DNA from: Paramoeba atlantica
Taxonomy: Eukaryota > Protista > Discosea
Direction: 5' to 3'
Assembly (NCBI GenBank): GCA_977017575.1
Contig: CDRNVI010000089.1
Location: 62,001-126,000, forward strand
DNA length: 64,000 nucleotides
Position 1 is the stretch's first letter; every line of letters starts with the position of its first letter. The notes under the pieces were generated by a model. That model searched no databases, was not told where the DNA came from, and was given only the letters and a program-made list of their open reading frames with translations. Both the position numbers and the translations under genes were made by a program. This document shows positions 30,940 to 41,400 of the stretch, one piece after another.

Positions 30940-33087
30940 TTACTTCGTATAGAAATGAAGACGACCGTATTTTCGCATCATTGATTTCATCTTTCCTTTC
31001 TGATAAGTGTTGGACCTTGAAGAGGTATCATCTTGCTTTGAAGTGTTTCGCTTCCGAAGAGTGACTGGAGGAGCATTAGAGAGAGAAAAACTTCTCGAGA
31101 CATCTCGCAAATCTAAATCTTCCACCAAAAAAATGTCAGAAAGTGTGTGAGACTGGTACGCATTGAGAAATGCTAGATAAGCTTTTCGACCCGCTCGATG
31201 TACAATCGGATCCTCTTCCATAACTTGTTCCAATGCACTGCGCATGTACTCAGTAGACGACGACCAATCGAAGTCCGTGGATCTGTGCTCAGATATGCTC
31301 ATACCTTGAGACCTGAGGTACGAAATAAATCGAAGTTCAAGAGGATCAATAAACAATGTGGCAAGACCAGATTGACAGGCTCTTGCGGTCCTACCGATAC
31401 GATGGACATACGCCACAGGATTCACCGGGGGGTCATATTGCAATACCCATGAGACTTTTGGAAAATCAAGACCTCGTGCAGAAACATCAGTTGTAAATAG
31501 AGCCATCTCCCCTGGCGATTGAAGGAAAATTTCGTAGGTTGACAAGCGCTGACGGTGCTTCATATCTCCGTGTAACATAAGACATTGGTCATGAAAACCT
31601 GAAGAGCCCATTAACATGCAATGAAATACAGCGCTAGCGCATGTGCTAAAGAAAATAATAATCTTCCCTTTGTCTTCGTCTAATGTTCGCTTTAAGAAAA
31701 CGAAAAGGGCAATCAGACGTTCATCTCGGGGTACGACAATATACGTTTGCTGCAATCGCCTTGGAACCAAACCTTCTTTTGCCATTTCCTTTTCCTTAGT
31801 TCCTTTAAGAAAATCAATTCTCGATAATTTTTCAGCTTCGTCCTTTGTTTTTGTAGAAGTAAACATAGAACCATCTGTAAGAAGTCTGACGCAACCGGAT
31901 AATGTGGTAGCCACAAGTAAAGGGGGATAAAAGTCGGGTTGCATAGCCTCGGGTAGAATGTGACGAACGAAATCTATAGTTCGCGTGTTAGTAGCGCTGA
32001 AAAACATATACTGAGTGCAATGCATTCGTATGCGGCTCATTATTGAGTGCATTATTAATCTGTTACTTGGTTGAAGCATGCAGTCAGCTTCGTCGAAAAC
32101 CAACGTTCGAATGCTTTGAAGGCTCCACAAGTTGTATTCAGATTCGACTAAATGGTGCTGAAGTCGACCTGGAGTAGCGACAATAAGATGAGAACTTGGG
32201 AGACGTTCGGCTTCCGAGCGTACATTGGTGCCACCTGTTAGTGTAACAATACGCAAAGGATAGGGATCATGTAATTTAGAAGTGGATTTGTGCGCTTTGT
32301 CAGATAGTGTACCAACATTCGTATCATCTTTGTCAGGCACTGGTGCAATAAGAGAGATGCCTACTCCAGAAATCTGATTAGCCAGTTCTTTTGTCGGCGA
32401 CAGAACCACAGATTGATAATTGTTTGCATACAGGTTATCGATGACAGGCAATAAATATGCAATCGTTTTTCCTGAGCCTGTAGGAGCATGTCCCAGAACA
32501 TGATAACCGTTGATAATAAGAGGCATGCATAACTTTTGAATAGGACTAGGAGCAGAATGCATCAAAGAAATATTTTGCAAAAGAAAAGAGGACCGAATAC
32601 CAAAATCCTGCCACTCTTTTACAAACGAATGCTCGGGAACCACATGGTCAACTGGCGATTTAGAACATGTGCTATTTCCATCTTTCATAGTTTCCTGTGA
32701 GGTAGCCTTATCGACATGATCCACAAGACTCTCACTTATTGAACTTTCCATTTGAAGTTCCACTCGTAGTCTACTGGCCTCCGTAAATTTCTTTTGGCGC
32801 TTACGATTTTTAGAAAAATTATTTTCTGATAATTCGTCAGATGAAAGATCATCAGTGTCGAATGACTTGGCCGTACCTCCGCGAGGAGTGCAGTACCTTT
32901 GCATAGCGCTATCATCTAGTATGGCATTTCTTTCACTCCTCTTCATTGATTTTGAAGAAGTAAGCATTTCATCGCTGTGATACAAGTCATCATCCATGCC
33001 CGAAAGTGTTTTTCGAGTACTATTCTCTATTCGCAGTCGAAGACGCTTTCTTTTGCCTTTGGTTCCCATTGAAAATTTTAAGTTCAA
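30940..33087 (-). CDS. HAS1: DEAD-box RNA helicase, HAS1/DDX18-like
   Basis: APTGSGKT, PTKELA, TPGRL, DEAD, SAT, ARGLD and HRIGRTAR, with a HAS1-like C-terminal AYLAFLNAYQSH..DIF. Confidence 0.88.
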   Translation of the reverse strand: MNLKFSMGTKGKRKRLRLRIENSTRKTLSGMDDDLYHSDEMLTSSKSMKRSERNAILDDSAMQRYCTPRGGTAKSFDTDDLSSDELSENNFSKNRKRQKKFTEASRLRVELQMESSISESLVDHVDKATSQETMKDGNSTCSKSPVDHVVPEHSFVKEWQDFGIRSSFLLQNISLMHSAPSPIQKLCMPLIINGYHVLGHAPTGSGKTIAYLLPVIDNLYANNYQSVVLSPTKELANQISGVGISLIAPVPDKDDTNVGTLSDKAHKSTSKLHDPYPLRIVTLTGGTNVRSEAERLPSSHLIVATPGRLQHHLVESEYNLWSLQSIRTLVFDEADCMLQPSNRLIMHSIMSRIRMHCTQYMFFSATNTRTIDFVRHILPEAMQPDFYPPLLVATTLSGCVRLLTDGSMFTSTKTKDEAEKLSRIDFLKGTKEKEMAKEGLVPRRLQQTYIVVPRDERLIALFVFLKRTLDEDKGKIIIFFSTCASAVFHCMLMGSSGFHDQCLMLHGDMKHRQRLSTYEIFLQSPGEMALFTTDVSARGLDFPKVSWVLQYDPPVNPVAYVHRIGRTARACQSGLATLFIDPLELRFISYLRSQGMSISEHRSTDFDWSSSTEYMRSALEQVMEEDPIVHRAGRKAYLAFLNAYQSHTLSDIFLVEDLDLRDVSRSFSLSNAPPVTLRKRNTSKQDDTSSRSNTYQKGKMKSMMRKYGRLHFYTK

Positions 33088-33396
33088 GAATCGTAGTTAA
33101 TGGGTCCGCTAAAACTATAATATAGCGTTTCAAATTTCGAAAATACTAAAACAAAAATTCAGAGATAAAAACACACGTACAAATTATTTATAGATTTTAA
33201 AATAAAAAAAAATAAAAGGAAATCGGCTTTACTTTCAGACAAACATGTACAGAAGGGTGAATACAGAAATTACGTATTCTGTTAAACAGAATACATAGTT
33301 TGTGATCAAATTACAATGTAATTTACTGCAATAAAAAAGCAAGCGATAAAAGAAAGCAGATGTTACCAAAATCTAAGAATCAAGGAAAAACAAATC

Positions 33397-33993
33397 CTAC
33401 GATGTTATGCGTTGCATACTTTCTCCCCTCTTTCTTAAAACGTCCTCTATAGTTCCCTTCTCATTTTCGAACCATCCAAGATGATCAGCTAACAAGTGCT
33501 TTCCTCTACATCCTGGACATTGTACAATGACTATACCATGGTAGTAAGATCGTTTGGAGAAACGCTTAACGGATCGCGTTTCACATTTGGTACACGTAAA
33601 CGCCATCAGCAACTCTCCAGAAGATGGACCCACACCCTTATCGCCCAACCGTTTCGATGTTGTTGACTTACTTTCCGAGGAAAGACCCGAGCAGTTGTTT
33701 ATCTCTGCATCTAAAGACTGAGTTGAGTCTTCCGGACATTGCTGTACAGGTGCTTTATAATTCCTAAGATCATATGATTCATGATCAGACCCTTTTAGGG
33801 CTGCGTGAAATAATTTCTGGTCGTCTAGGCAGATAGTTGAAGGAAAACTATTCGATGAACGCGATTCCGCATCTGGACGGGATGAATGAGACGCAATAAC
33901 GGGAGCCTTGCAATATGATCGTAGCTGTGAGCGCTGTACTAAATGCGAAATTCTGTTTAGGGATGAAGCTAGTACTTTAGAGAACATGAACAA
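33397..33993 (-). CDS. ZIM17: Mitochondrial zf-DNL protein (Zim17/Tim15/Hep1)
   Basis: FTCTKCETRS...SYYHGIVIVQCPGCRGKHLLADHLGWF. Confidence 0.92.
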   Translation of the reverse strand: MFMFSKVLASSLNRISHLVQRSQLRSYCKAPVIASHSSRPDAESRSSNSFPSTICLDDQKLFHAALKGSDHESYDLRNYKAPVQQCPEDSTQSLDAEINNCSGLSSESKSTTSKRLGDKGVGPSSGELLMAFTCTKCETRSVKRFSKRSYYHGIVIVQCPGCRGKHLLADHLGWFENEKGTIEDVLRKRGESMQRITS

Positions 33994-34173
33994 ATAAAGA
34001 GAAACAATGATCAGCTAAAAACTATTTTTTTATGCTGTCAACCGATTACTTCTCAAAAAGTTTTGTAAGTCTGTTTCTCGCTCAATATTTATGTAGGAGC
34101 CTGTTGCAACATTAAAAAACAAGTTTTACTACTCCACACAATGTCATTCGACTTCTCATATCTTTAAGTCTTT

Positions 34174-34554
34174 TTAATAATCATTCGGGTTTGACATATC
34201 CGCACCTAATTTCCACCACGCCAAGGTGTAGTACATGTGCAAGTCTGATTGCCTTTGGTCGCTTTCCAGATCATCCCAGCCATCGCCGTCTCGAGGCCAT
34301 ATGTGCATTGTGCGATAGTGTGTAAAATACCACGGCAAATTTTTATCCATTTTTTTGATAAATCCCGGATTCTCAAGTCCATGCGGAAACTCTCCCCTGG
34401 TGGGTAAATCGAAATCTGCGTAGCGCATATGAAAATTAAAGAAGCGTAACGATGTGGAGTACAAGAGCGCGTGGTTTGGTCGACTGTGACAATTACGAAA
34501 CAATGGACTAGAAAAAAATTGGCTGGAAGCACGAAATTTAGACATGTGATTCAT
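34174..34554 (-). CDS. Small probable mitochondrial protein of unknown identity
   Basis: Presequence-like N-terminus followed by a Trp/Tyr-rich conserved-looking core (PWYFTHYRTMHIWPRDGDGW...YYTLAWWKLG). Confidence 0.6.
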   Translation of the reverse strand: MNHMSKFRASSQFFSSPLFRNCHSRPNHALLYSTSLRFFNFHMRYADFDLPTRGEFPHGLENPGFIKKMDKNLPWYFTHYRTMHIWPRDGDGWDDLESDQRQSDLHMYYTLAWWKLGADMSNPNDY

Positions 34555-34808
34555 GGTGTATCAGGCGAAAGATAAAAATAGAAGAGTGATATACAACGTT
34601 CATGTAAGCATGTGAGAACATGCATGTGTATAAACATATAATTTATAAATATTTGTGCAATACAAACGTATACGCGTAAGCATACGTACACATACGAATA
34701 CACGTACTATACGTAGTCCCTAGTAGTAGGTGTAAGATATAAGTTTGTTCCTTCAACCATTTAGAAGTATGACCATTCCTGTTACGTGCTTTATGTGTTT
34801 ATTGCGGA

Positions 34809-36371
34809 TCAAAGATTCCGGCAAATATTCCTCATACCATCGTATACAAGACCATTAGGCATAATTACTCCCGTTCGGGTCAAAAGTTTTTGAGCTTCCT
34901 GTGCAGCGAATCCACCTAAAATACTAGAAACAGAGTCAACACAACCAACGTTCTCTTGATAAAGCCGTGACAGATATTCATGTAAATTATGATTAAAAAG
35001 ATTGGAGCAAGCACGAACCTCCGCATCCCTCTGCTTTGTGAACGCATCCGCTGCATTGGGTGCTTTGAACACAGCAGTATTTCGAAAATCAGCAAAGCCG
35101 GTGTCCAAAAGTAAAAAGAGGGCTACGAGGGGGTCAATATTAGTGAGTGAATCAGAGGCCATGGAAGCGTTGTCTTCAGCAATGCATCCTTCGAAGGAGG
35201 AAATACATTCAAAAATACTGGTAGAAGATTCGCAAATATGTAAGCGGTGGGCGTTTCGACAGTACAATTGCGCGTACTTCCGTAGTTTGATAGGATCAAC
35301 GAAAGATAAAATATGTTTTTTGGCCTGTTGAACTACGACTTCTACGTCTTCATTATGTTTCGTAGAATATATGTTTCTAAGCTGAATATAGACTTGAGCA
35401 TCGCATTCTATGTCATGGAGTAGACCCGAGTGTGGTAACAAATTTTTAGAATTGTAAAAATCCCGTATGCTTCGAAGAACAGCAATTGATTCATTCTTAG
35501 GGGTATCGAGTGATACGTGCGAAAATACGGTTTGAGTGTTCTCGGTCAACTGTGGTGTGGTTAACTGATGTTTGTGCTTCAAAATTTCCCGAGCAGCAAA
35601 GGGATGAGTCTGCTCTTCGTTTTCGAATTCGATACTGCTCAAAGTTTTAGATTTCGAAAAAATAATATAGGCTACAATCGGCCACGGAAGAATGTTTGAT
35701 GTCTTCAAATTTTTACTTTCATGTACAACTTTTGAATGATGCTCGATAAATTTGACTAAAGCCGGGAAAGGATTATCCAATCTAAGATCCCAATACTCCT
35801 CATCACGATAGGAATCAACAACCACAACAGGGGGAATTTGGACTTGAAGACACCCGAAAAAGCCGAGAGATCTCACATATAACAAAGGAACGCATTGCAT
35901 AGAGACCGCCAAAGCAATTTGAAAAAGAGATTTTCGCTCAACATCCCCGCAGAGAACAAGAGAAAATTCGTCGAACGTGCTGACATTTTCAGAAATCCAT
36001 TCAGCTGGGTCACGAAGCACGGCATGCGACATACATGACGTGTTCAAGCCCGCAAGAAAATCTCGTGAAGCCTGGGCACGAAAACAACCCTCTTGCATAT
36101 CGCCGAAACTAATAACAGAAGACAGATCGTCCGGCGTACAGAACCTCTCATCTACAATGCAAAACGAACCCAAGCCTGCAAGAACAAGACATCGAAGTGC
36201 TTCACACGCTGCAGCACTTATTCCCAAGAGATAAACAGTAGAGAGAGAGAGTCGATTCTGAGCTTCCTCCCCCCACAAGACAATTTGTCTGTCATAAAGA
36301 TCTTGCTGATGCTCTGATAAATAGGTTTGGTAAGTTTGAATGCTGGATCCGCTCTGACATTTCATTAACAA
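34809..36371 (-). CDS. NAE1: NEDD8-activating enzyme E1 regulatory subunit (APPBP1/ULA1)
   Basis: YDRQIVLWGEEAQ, CEALRCLVLAGLGSFCIVD, DLRLDNPFPAL and C-terminal ILGGFAAQEAQKLLT. Confidence 0.9.
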   Translation of the reverse strand: MLMKCQSGSSIQTYQTYLSEHQQDLYDRQIVLWGEEAQNRLSLSTVYLLGISAAACEALRCLVLAGLGSFCIVDERFCTPDDLSSVISFGDMQEGCFRAQASRDFLAGLNTSCMSHAVLRDPAEWISENVSTFDEFSLVLCGDVERKSLFQIALAVSMQCVPLLYVRSLGFFGCLQVQIPPVVVVDSYRDEEYWDLRLDNPFPALVKFIEHHSKVVHESKNLKTSNILPWPIVAYIIFSKSKTLSSIEFENEEQTHPFAAREILKHKHQLTTPQLTENTQTVFSHVSLDTPKNESIAVLRSIRDFYNSKNLLPHSGLLHDIECDAQVYIQLRNIYSTKHNEDVEVVVQQAKKHILSFVDPIKLRKYAQLYCRNAHRLHICESSTSIFECISSFEGCIAEDNASMASDSLTNIDPLVALFLLLDTGFADFRNTAVFKAPNAADAFTKQRDAEVRACSNLFNHNLHEYLSRLYQENVGCVDSVSSILGGFAAQEAQKLLTRTGVIMPNGLVYDGMRNICRNL

Positions 36372-36643
36372 TCTGCAATCGAGTTCTCTGCTCTGCTATC
36401 TTCCAATCTCATGCTACTCCCAGAAGAATATTCCTGTAACACTGGATCACCTGATGAAATAAAAGTTTATAAGCGTGGATTAGTACTTATGAATTACTTT
36501 ACAGCCTGTATTACAAGTAATGTAGGTTCTCTACGAGTTGAAAAGACGCGACCTTACTCCAATAGTTCCAGATCGCAAACTTGATGTCGAAGGTTCATAA
36601 ATGCACCTCACCAAAACATCAAAAATAGAACAACGCCGTATCA

Positions 36644-38179
36644 TTACATTAATTTCAAATACAGCGTTTCAATTTTGCGAAAAAGGTTGTGTACTTCAGT
36701 TCTTTTCATTCCTAATGCACATGCTAAAGAGAGGTATGGTATCCCATCGGAGTGATCTACATAATCCATATGAAAATCACAATTTTTGTACGAATATGAA
36801 CCAGAGTGAGCGCCATAGTTCTGAAACGTAATACATTCAATACATTTTGAACCGGAATCTTTCCCCACCACTCGGGTGCCTGTGACACCGTTGCGAAATA
36901 ATCTGCTCCCAAGATTTCGGCAGGCCTCGTCTGTGGGTAAATGTGTAAGAGTAAGTCCGAAGGAAATGTCGTTCTTGGGATGAATCCATGCATTTTCCTT
37001 TAACCGCGCAGCTGTACGTCTTAGACAATCCAAAAACTCAAATAAAACAGTCTGACGGGCGTCCCACAGCTCGCGTACTCCAGATTTGCCAAGCTGCAGG
37101 AGAGTGATAAAAACATCAAGAGTTGGTGAGATACTTGCTCTTCCAGGATAGGTGCTGCATATCTCTTGAATAGTCTCAGGATTACTGGACGCAAGAATAG
37201 AACCTCCCACCGGCACCAAAAGATTTTTATCAGTACTTTGTACTAAAACGTCGATGCGCCCGCCATTAGAGCTCATCCCGGCATTAATTCGTTTCATTGT
37301 TTCGCGGCTTTGAAGTCCGTAGGCATTATTCACGACGTGTGGAAGATTAAATTCACTACAAAGGCGCGACAAGAGCAGGACGTCATCAGGAAGACGCGGA
37401 GCAAAACAAGACGTGGTACTCAACAGGCACAATATGTTTTCCTCGCCTAGAATACGAATATGTCGTCTCACTTCGGCAACATCGGTTGCCAAAAAGTGAG
37501 CATCCTCTTCCGAAAAGCAGGTTTTTGGATTCGAATTTGCAGATGGAGTAAGAGGAATGACCGCGGGAACAAGTCCTGCGCAAAATATGCTCTTTAAGCA
37601 TGATTTCTGATCGATTCGAGGCCAAAGAACAAATTTCTTGTTCGAATGGCTCTTAGAACGCAGAAAGTTCAGAACGAGTGTTAACGACATCCCAGTGCAA
37701 AGGGGTACTATGCATGCCTCTTTGACGTAAGTGCAACCTAAAGATTTCTGAAAAAAAGAAACGACAAGCCGGTTCGTCAGCCTTTGTAACAAAGAGGAAC
37801 CAGCTGCCTTTGGTTGGTCTTCCGTTAGGTACCCAGACCTTCCCATGCCGTGCGCTAAGTAGAAGTGGCGTCGTCGAACAAGAGAACTAAGCACGCGGCC
37901 CTCACGTTCCCCTCCTCCCACATGATGTAAAAAATTGTTGCTATCCTGAGAGGATAGGAAGTGCAGAAAGCGCTCTATGGCTAACTCGGACCACCCATCC
38001 TCCGGGAGGGAACGTTGTGAAATGAGAGATTGAAAAGAGCGATGCATCGCGATTGACCCTTCAATCCCCGCACGAGAGATGTTTTCTTGTACCAAAGAAT
38101 CATCAAAGAAGGAAAGTGATTCGTGCATATTCACTAGATCATACGTTTCATTAATTGATAGATTCAGACACGTGGACAA
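36644..38179 (-). CDS. SEPSECS: O-phosphoseryl-tRNA(Sec) selenium transferase
   Basis: GGGEREGRV, HGMGRSG.L..QPKAAGSS, RIDQKSC, FAPR.PD, VNNAYG and QSTDKN (PLP lysine). Confidence 0.96.
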   Translation of the reverse strand: MSTCLNLSINETYDLVNMHESLSFFDDSLVQENISRAGIEGSIAMHRSFQSLISQRSLPEDGWSELAIERFLHFLSSQDSNNFLHHVGGGEREGRVLSSLVRRRHFYLAHGMGRSGYLTEDQPKAAGSSLLQRLTNRLVVSFFQKSLGCTYVKEACIVPLCTGMSLTLVLNFLRSKSHSNKKFVLWPRIDQKSCLKSIFCAGLVPAVIPLTPSANSNPKTCFSEEDAHFLATDVAEVRRHIRILGEENILCLLSTTSCFAPRLPDDVLLLSRLCSEFNLPHVVNNAYGLQSRETMKRINAGMSSNGGRIDVLVQSTDKNLLVPVGGSILASSNPETIQEICSTYPGRASISPTLDVFITLLQLGKSGVRELWDARQTVLFEFLDCLRRTAARLKENAWIHPKNDISFGLTLTHLPTDEACRNLGSRLFRNGVTGTRVVGKDSGSKCIECITFQNYGAHSGSYSYKNCDFHMDYVDHSDGIPYLSLACALGMKRTEVHNLFRKIETLYLKLM

Positions 38180-38467
38180 TAATCAATAGCAGTAATTCTT
38201 CAATAACAGCAAGACAGTGATTATTCTAAATTTACATAAAAAAACAGCAATGTGCTTTTGCAAGAATACATTCTCTTTAATTTCTGTAAAAGAGAAATCA
38301 AGCGCATTGAACACTCAATACACAGTACAAGACTGTAAGATGTTCTACTGTATACAAAAAACACGAAATATGTCAAAAAACATAAACTACAAAATCATAC
38401 CCCTAATGGATCTTTCGTTCTATTTCAACACCACCACTCCGCACCACTATCCTATCCACCTCTCTTT

Positions 38468-41400
38468 TCACCAAAACGGACACCACCCCACATACGCCAC
38501 ACACAAATTATCCACCGAAGTCGCCTCCTCAATTAACCGTTGTACCTGTTGACCCACCTCTAACCCCCGAAAACTATTCGAACTCGTTAACAACCCCCCC
38601 ATATTCTCCCCTCCAGGAGAACCACTACCCCCATCCCCCTCCACCCTCATTCCCCCACCCCCCCTATTTCCTTTATTCCCCCCCTCCTCCTCACCTCCCC
38701 CTAGCCACCCCCTTCCCCCCAACCCCATCCCCATCCCCCCATACCCCCATGTCGGCATCCCTATCCCTACCCCTCCCCCCCCTCCCCCCAGCATCGTGTG
38801 CGTGGACTCCACATACGAGGTCCCGAGAAAGATCGGTCCCGGTCGCTCACAGTACGACATCATCGGGTGCAGCACCCCGCGGCCGTCGAACACCCCGGGG
38901 GACCCGGAGCGGGGGCTCTCCGTCTGCTGCGGCACACACCCCGGGGCCTCCGCCCCCCCCCGCGGGGGCCAGGGGGCGTGGAAGTCGGTGCCGTGGAGCT
39001 TGTCCCGCACCCGGCGCAGGACGCGCCTCGCGGTCTTGTTCTTCCCGCTCATGCCGTAGGTCACGCGGAGGAGCGCCATGAAGGACTCGGGTTGCTCCCC
39101 GACGCCCTTGAGGAAGAGGAGGGGGTCGTGGGGGTAGAGGCGGCAGGCGGCCTTGAAGACGCGGACGGCGGAGAGGAAGGCGGGGTGGAAGGAGGTGAGG
39201 GTTTGGGTGAGGAGGTCGTGGATGCGGTTGAGGAGGGAGGGGAGGGAGGGGTGGGGGGGTGCGGGGGGTGGGGGGGTGTCGGCCTCGGGACTGCTGTGGT
39301 GGGGGGGAGCGTGGGGGTCGGTGGGTTTCTCGGATAAAAGAATTCGAGAACGAGAGGGACCTGTGGAACAGATCGGGACAGGAGAGTGTTCGGAAGTTTC
39401 CATGAAGTTAGGCTCTTCATCCTCCAAAGAAGGCTCTGGACCATCGGTGGGATCATTTGTAACGGCGTTAGTTTCTAGAGGGTTCTCCTCCTCAAAGTGT
39501 AGAGTACTGTTGCACTTGTTTTCTGATAAGTCGTCAGCCGTGAATCGAGCTGTGGGAGAGGTCAACCGACTTCCCGACCTGCTTGAAGGTTTTTCAGATA
39601 ATGATTTGGTATTCGTCACCTTAAAACGTGTCTCTGGGTCCCGAGATTGCGTACCTGTGTGCTCTGATGATGTAGACGTTTCTAAATGGGAAGACAGGGA
39701 GAGCGCCTCCATTTTATCAACTGTATCTTGTAACCCAACCGCCCTCGGAGATGTAGCACCCAAAGTGTCCCAGTGTTGTAAACAATATTGGTGCAAGCGT
39801 ACCATGTCAGTTGCATCCAGATTCTCGAGCTTGACTGAGGAATGTTCATTTTCAGAGTTTTTTGTCAATGCCTTCTCTTTTGGCATCAGAAGCTTTTTCG
39901 CGTGGTGCTTAAACTCCTTTTCACGATAAGATCGTGAAATAAGTTCATCAGTGGGCATTAAGGAAAACTTTTCAACTGCGTTCAATAAGGATGCCTCGTC
40001 AATGGTAGCCGCTCCAGGAGTTTTAGTCGCTGGAGGGCCAGATGGGTCATCATCAAATTCAAGGACCTCAACTGTCTTTTTTGCTGCTTCCCTGGCGGCA
40101 TCTACTGTGGTTGAACTTTCATAGAGGGTATCCAGACGCCAACTCAGCAGAGGGTCATGCGCAAAAGTTTCCAAAAGAGAGGTTACGGAATCTTTGTGTT
40201 TACGAAGCGCGGTCATGACTCTTTCACAGATGTGCTTAAAAGTTCCATCAAGACCGCACGCCTCCATAGCCCCTACCAACATACGCGTTAGACGAAAAGG
40301 AACCTTTTCAGGAAATTTTTCTCGCGCCATAGCTACCTCAAAACAATCTCCAAAGTCAATGTGAACAACATTTCCACTGCTATGAATCATTATGTTGTTC
40401 AAATGGCGATCACCGAGACCTAAGACATAGCCTACCATCGACATCATTGCCATCGTTCGAATATAATTCGTGCGGTATTCAATCCAATTTTCACTCGTGT
40501 CATTACGTTCCCAAAAGAGCAACCGAAGATCACTTGTGGGGGTGTTGTCTAGAACATGCTGAAGATAGTCGCGCTTCTTGGCGAAGGGTAGGTCACTGAA
40601 GTCATTGATGTGCTTTAGATCTCCCAATTGCGTTAATAAATTAACTTCAAGCATAAGACTCGTCCCGCTGCCTTGTCGATACGAAGTGATCATTTGATAC
40701 ACTGTCTCAGTATTTTCAATCCATTGAATCAAACCGACGTTTTCAGAGAGCGGCATGACGCTATACGTGGAAATAGAAAGTCCAGCGGGCAGCTGGGGGC
40801 TTACGGCAAAAAACGAATTTAATAGCGTAAACAGTTGCATCACACGTTCGTCCATGCGCAAATCCTCGTGCCCTTTTAGAAGAAATTTGTATTCATACCC
40901 ATTTACACCTCGTAAGGTTACGCGTCGTGGCCGCTGCTTGGACGGAATGATGCGCAGATCTCTGTGAAAACCGGAGAAGAGCAGCGTGGGTCCGTGTGGA
41001 TTGTAGGTTCCAGGAATAGGAAGGGTAAAAGTGCGCTCCGCTAGAACACTCGAGTAGTCCTCTAAAGGCACCACTTTAGGAAGTGATTGCACTCTTTCCG
41101 TTAAGCGTTGGTGGACTTGTCGAAGTAGTGTCCAGGCCTCTGCAAAGCGTCCTGCTTCGGTGGCAGGAAGGCTGGCTTCTGTTACCGGTTGTTCCCCTTC
41201 TGGAATTTCAATCTCGTGCAGGTCGTTGATGCAACGCCAAGCACGTCTTATTAAGGGACCAAGTGTTTTTTGGAAGAGCCTCTCATCCTTTGTCTTTGGG
41301 TTATCTAGCACGGAATATAGGGGCCCAATGTGCTCCATGTAAAGATCAAGATCTGTACTAGCATCCCCTCGACGCTGTTTTGCAATTGTTTCGATCGCGT

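Noticed and set aside
38749-39929. Alternative ORFs over the TOR 3' end, and the idea that this segment is a separate gene or foreign contig
   Set aside because: The TOR frame is continuous through the island and contains the conserved pre-FATC and FATC motifs, so it is TOR coding sequence. A misassembly cannot be fully excluded without reads.
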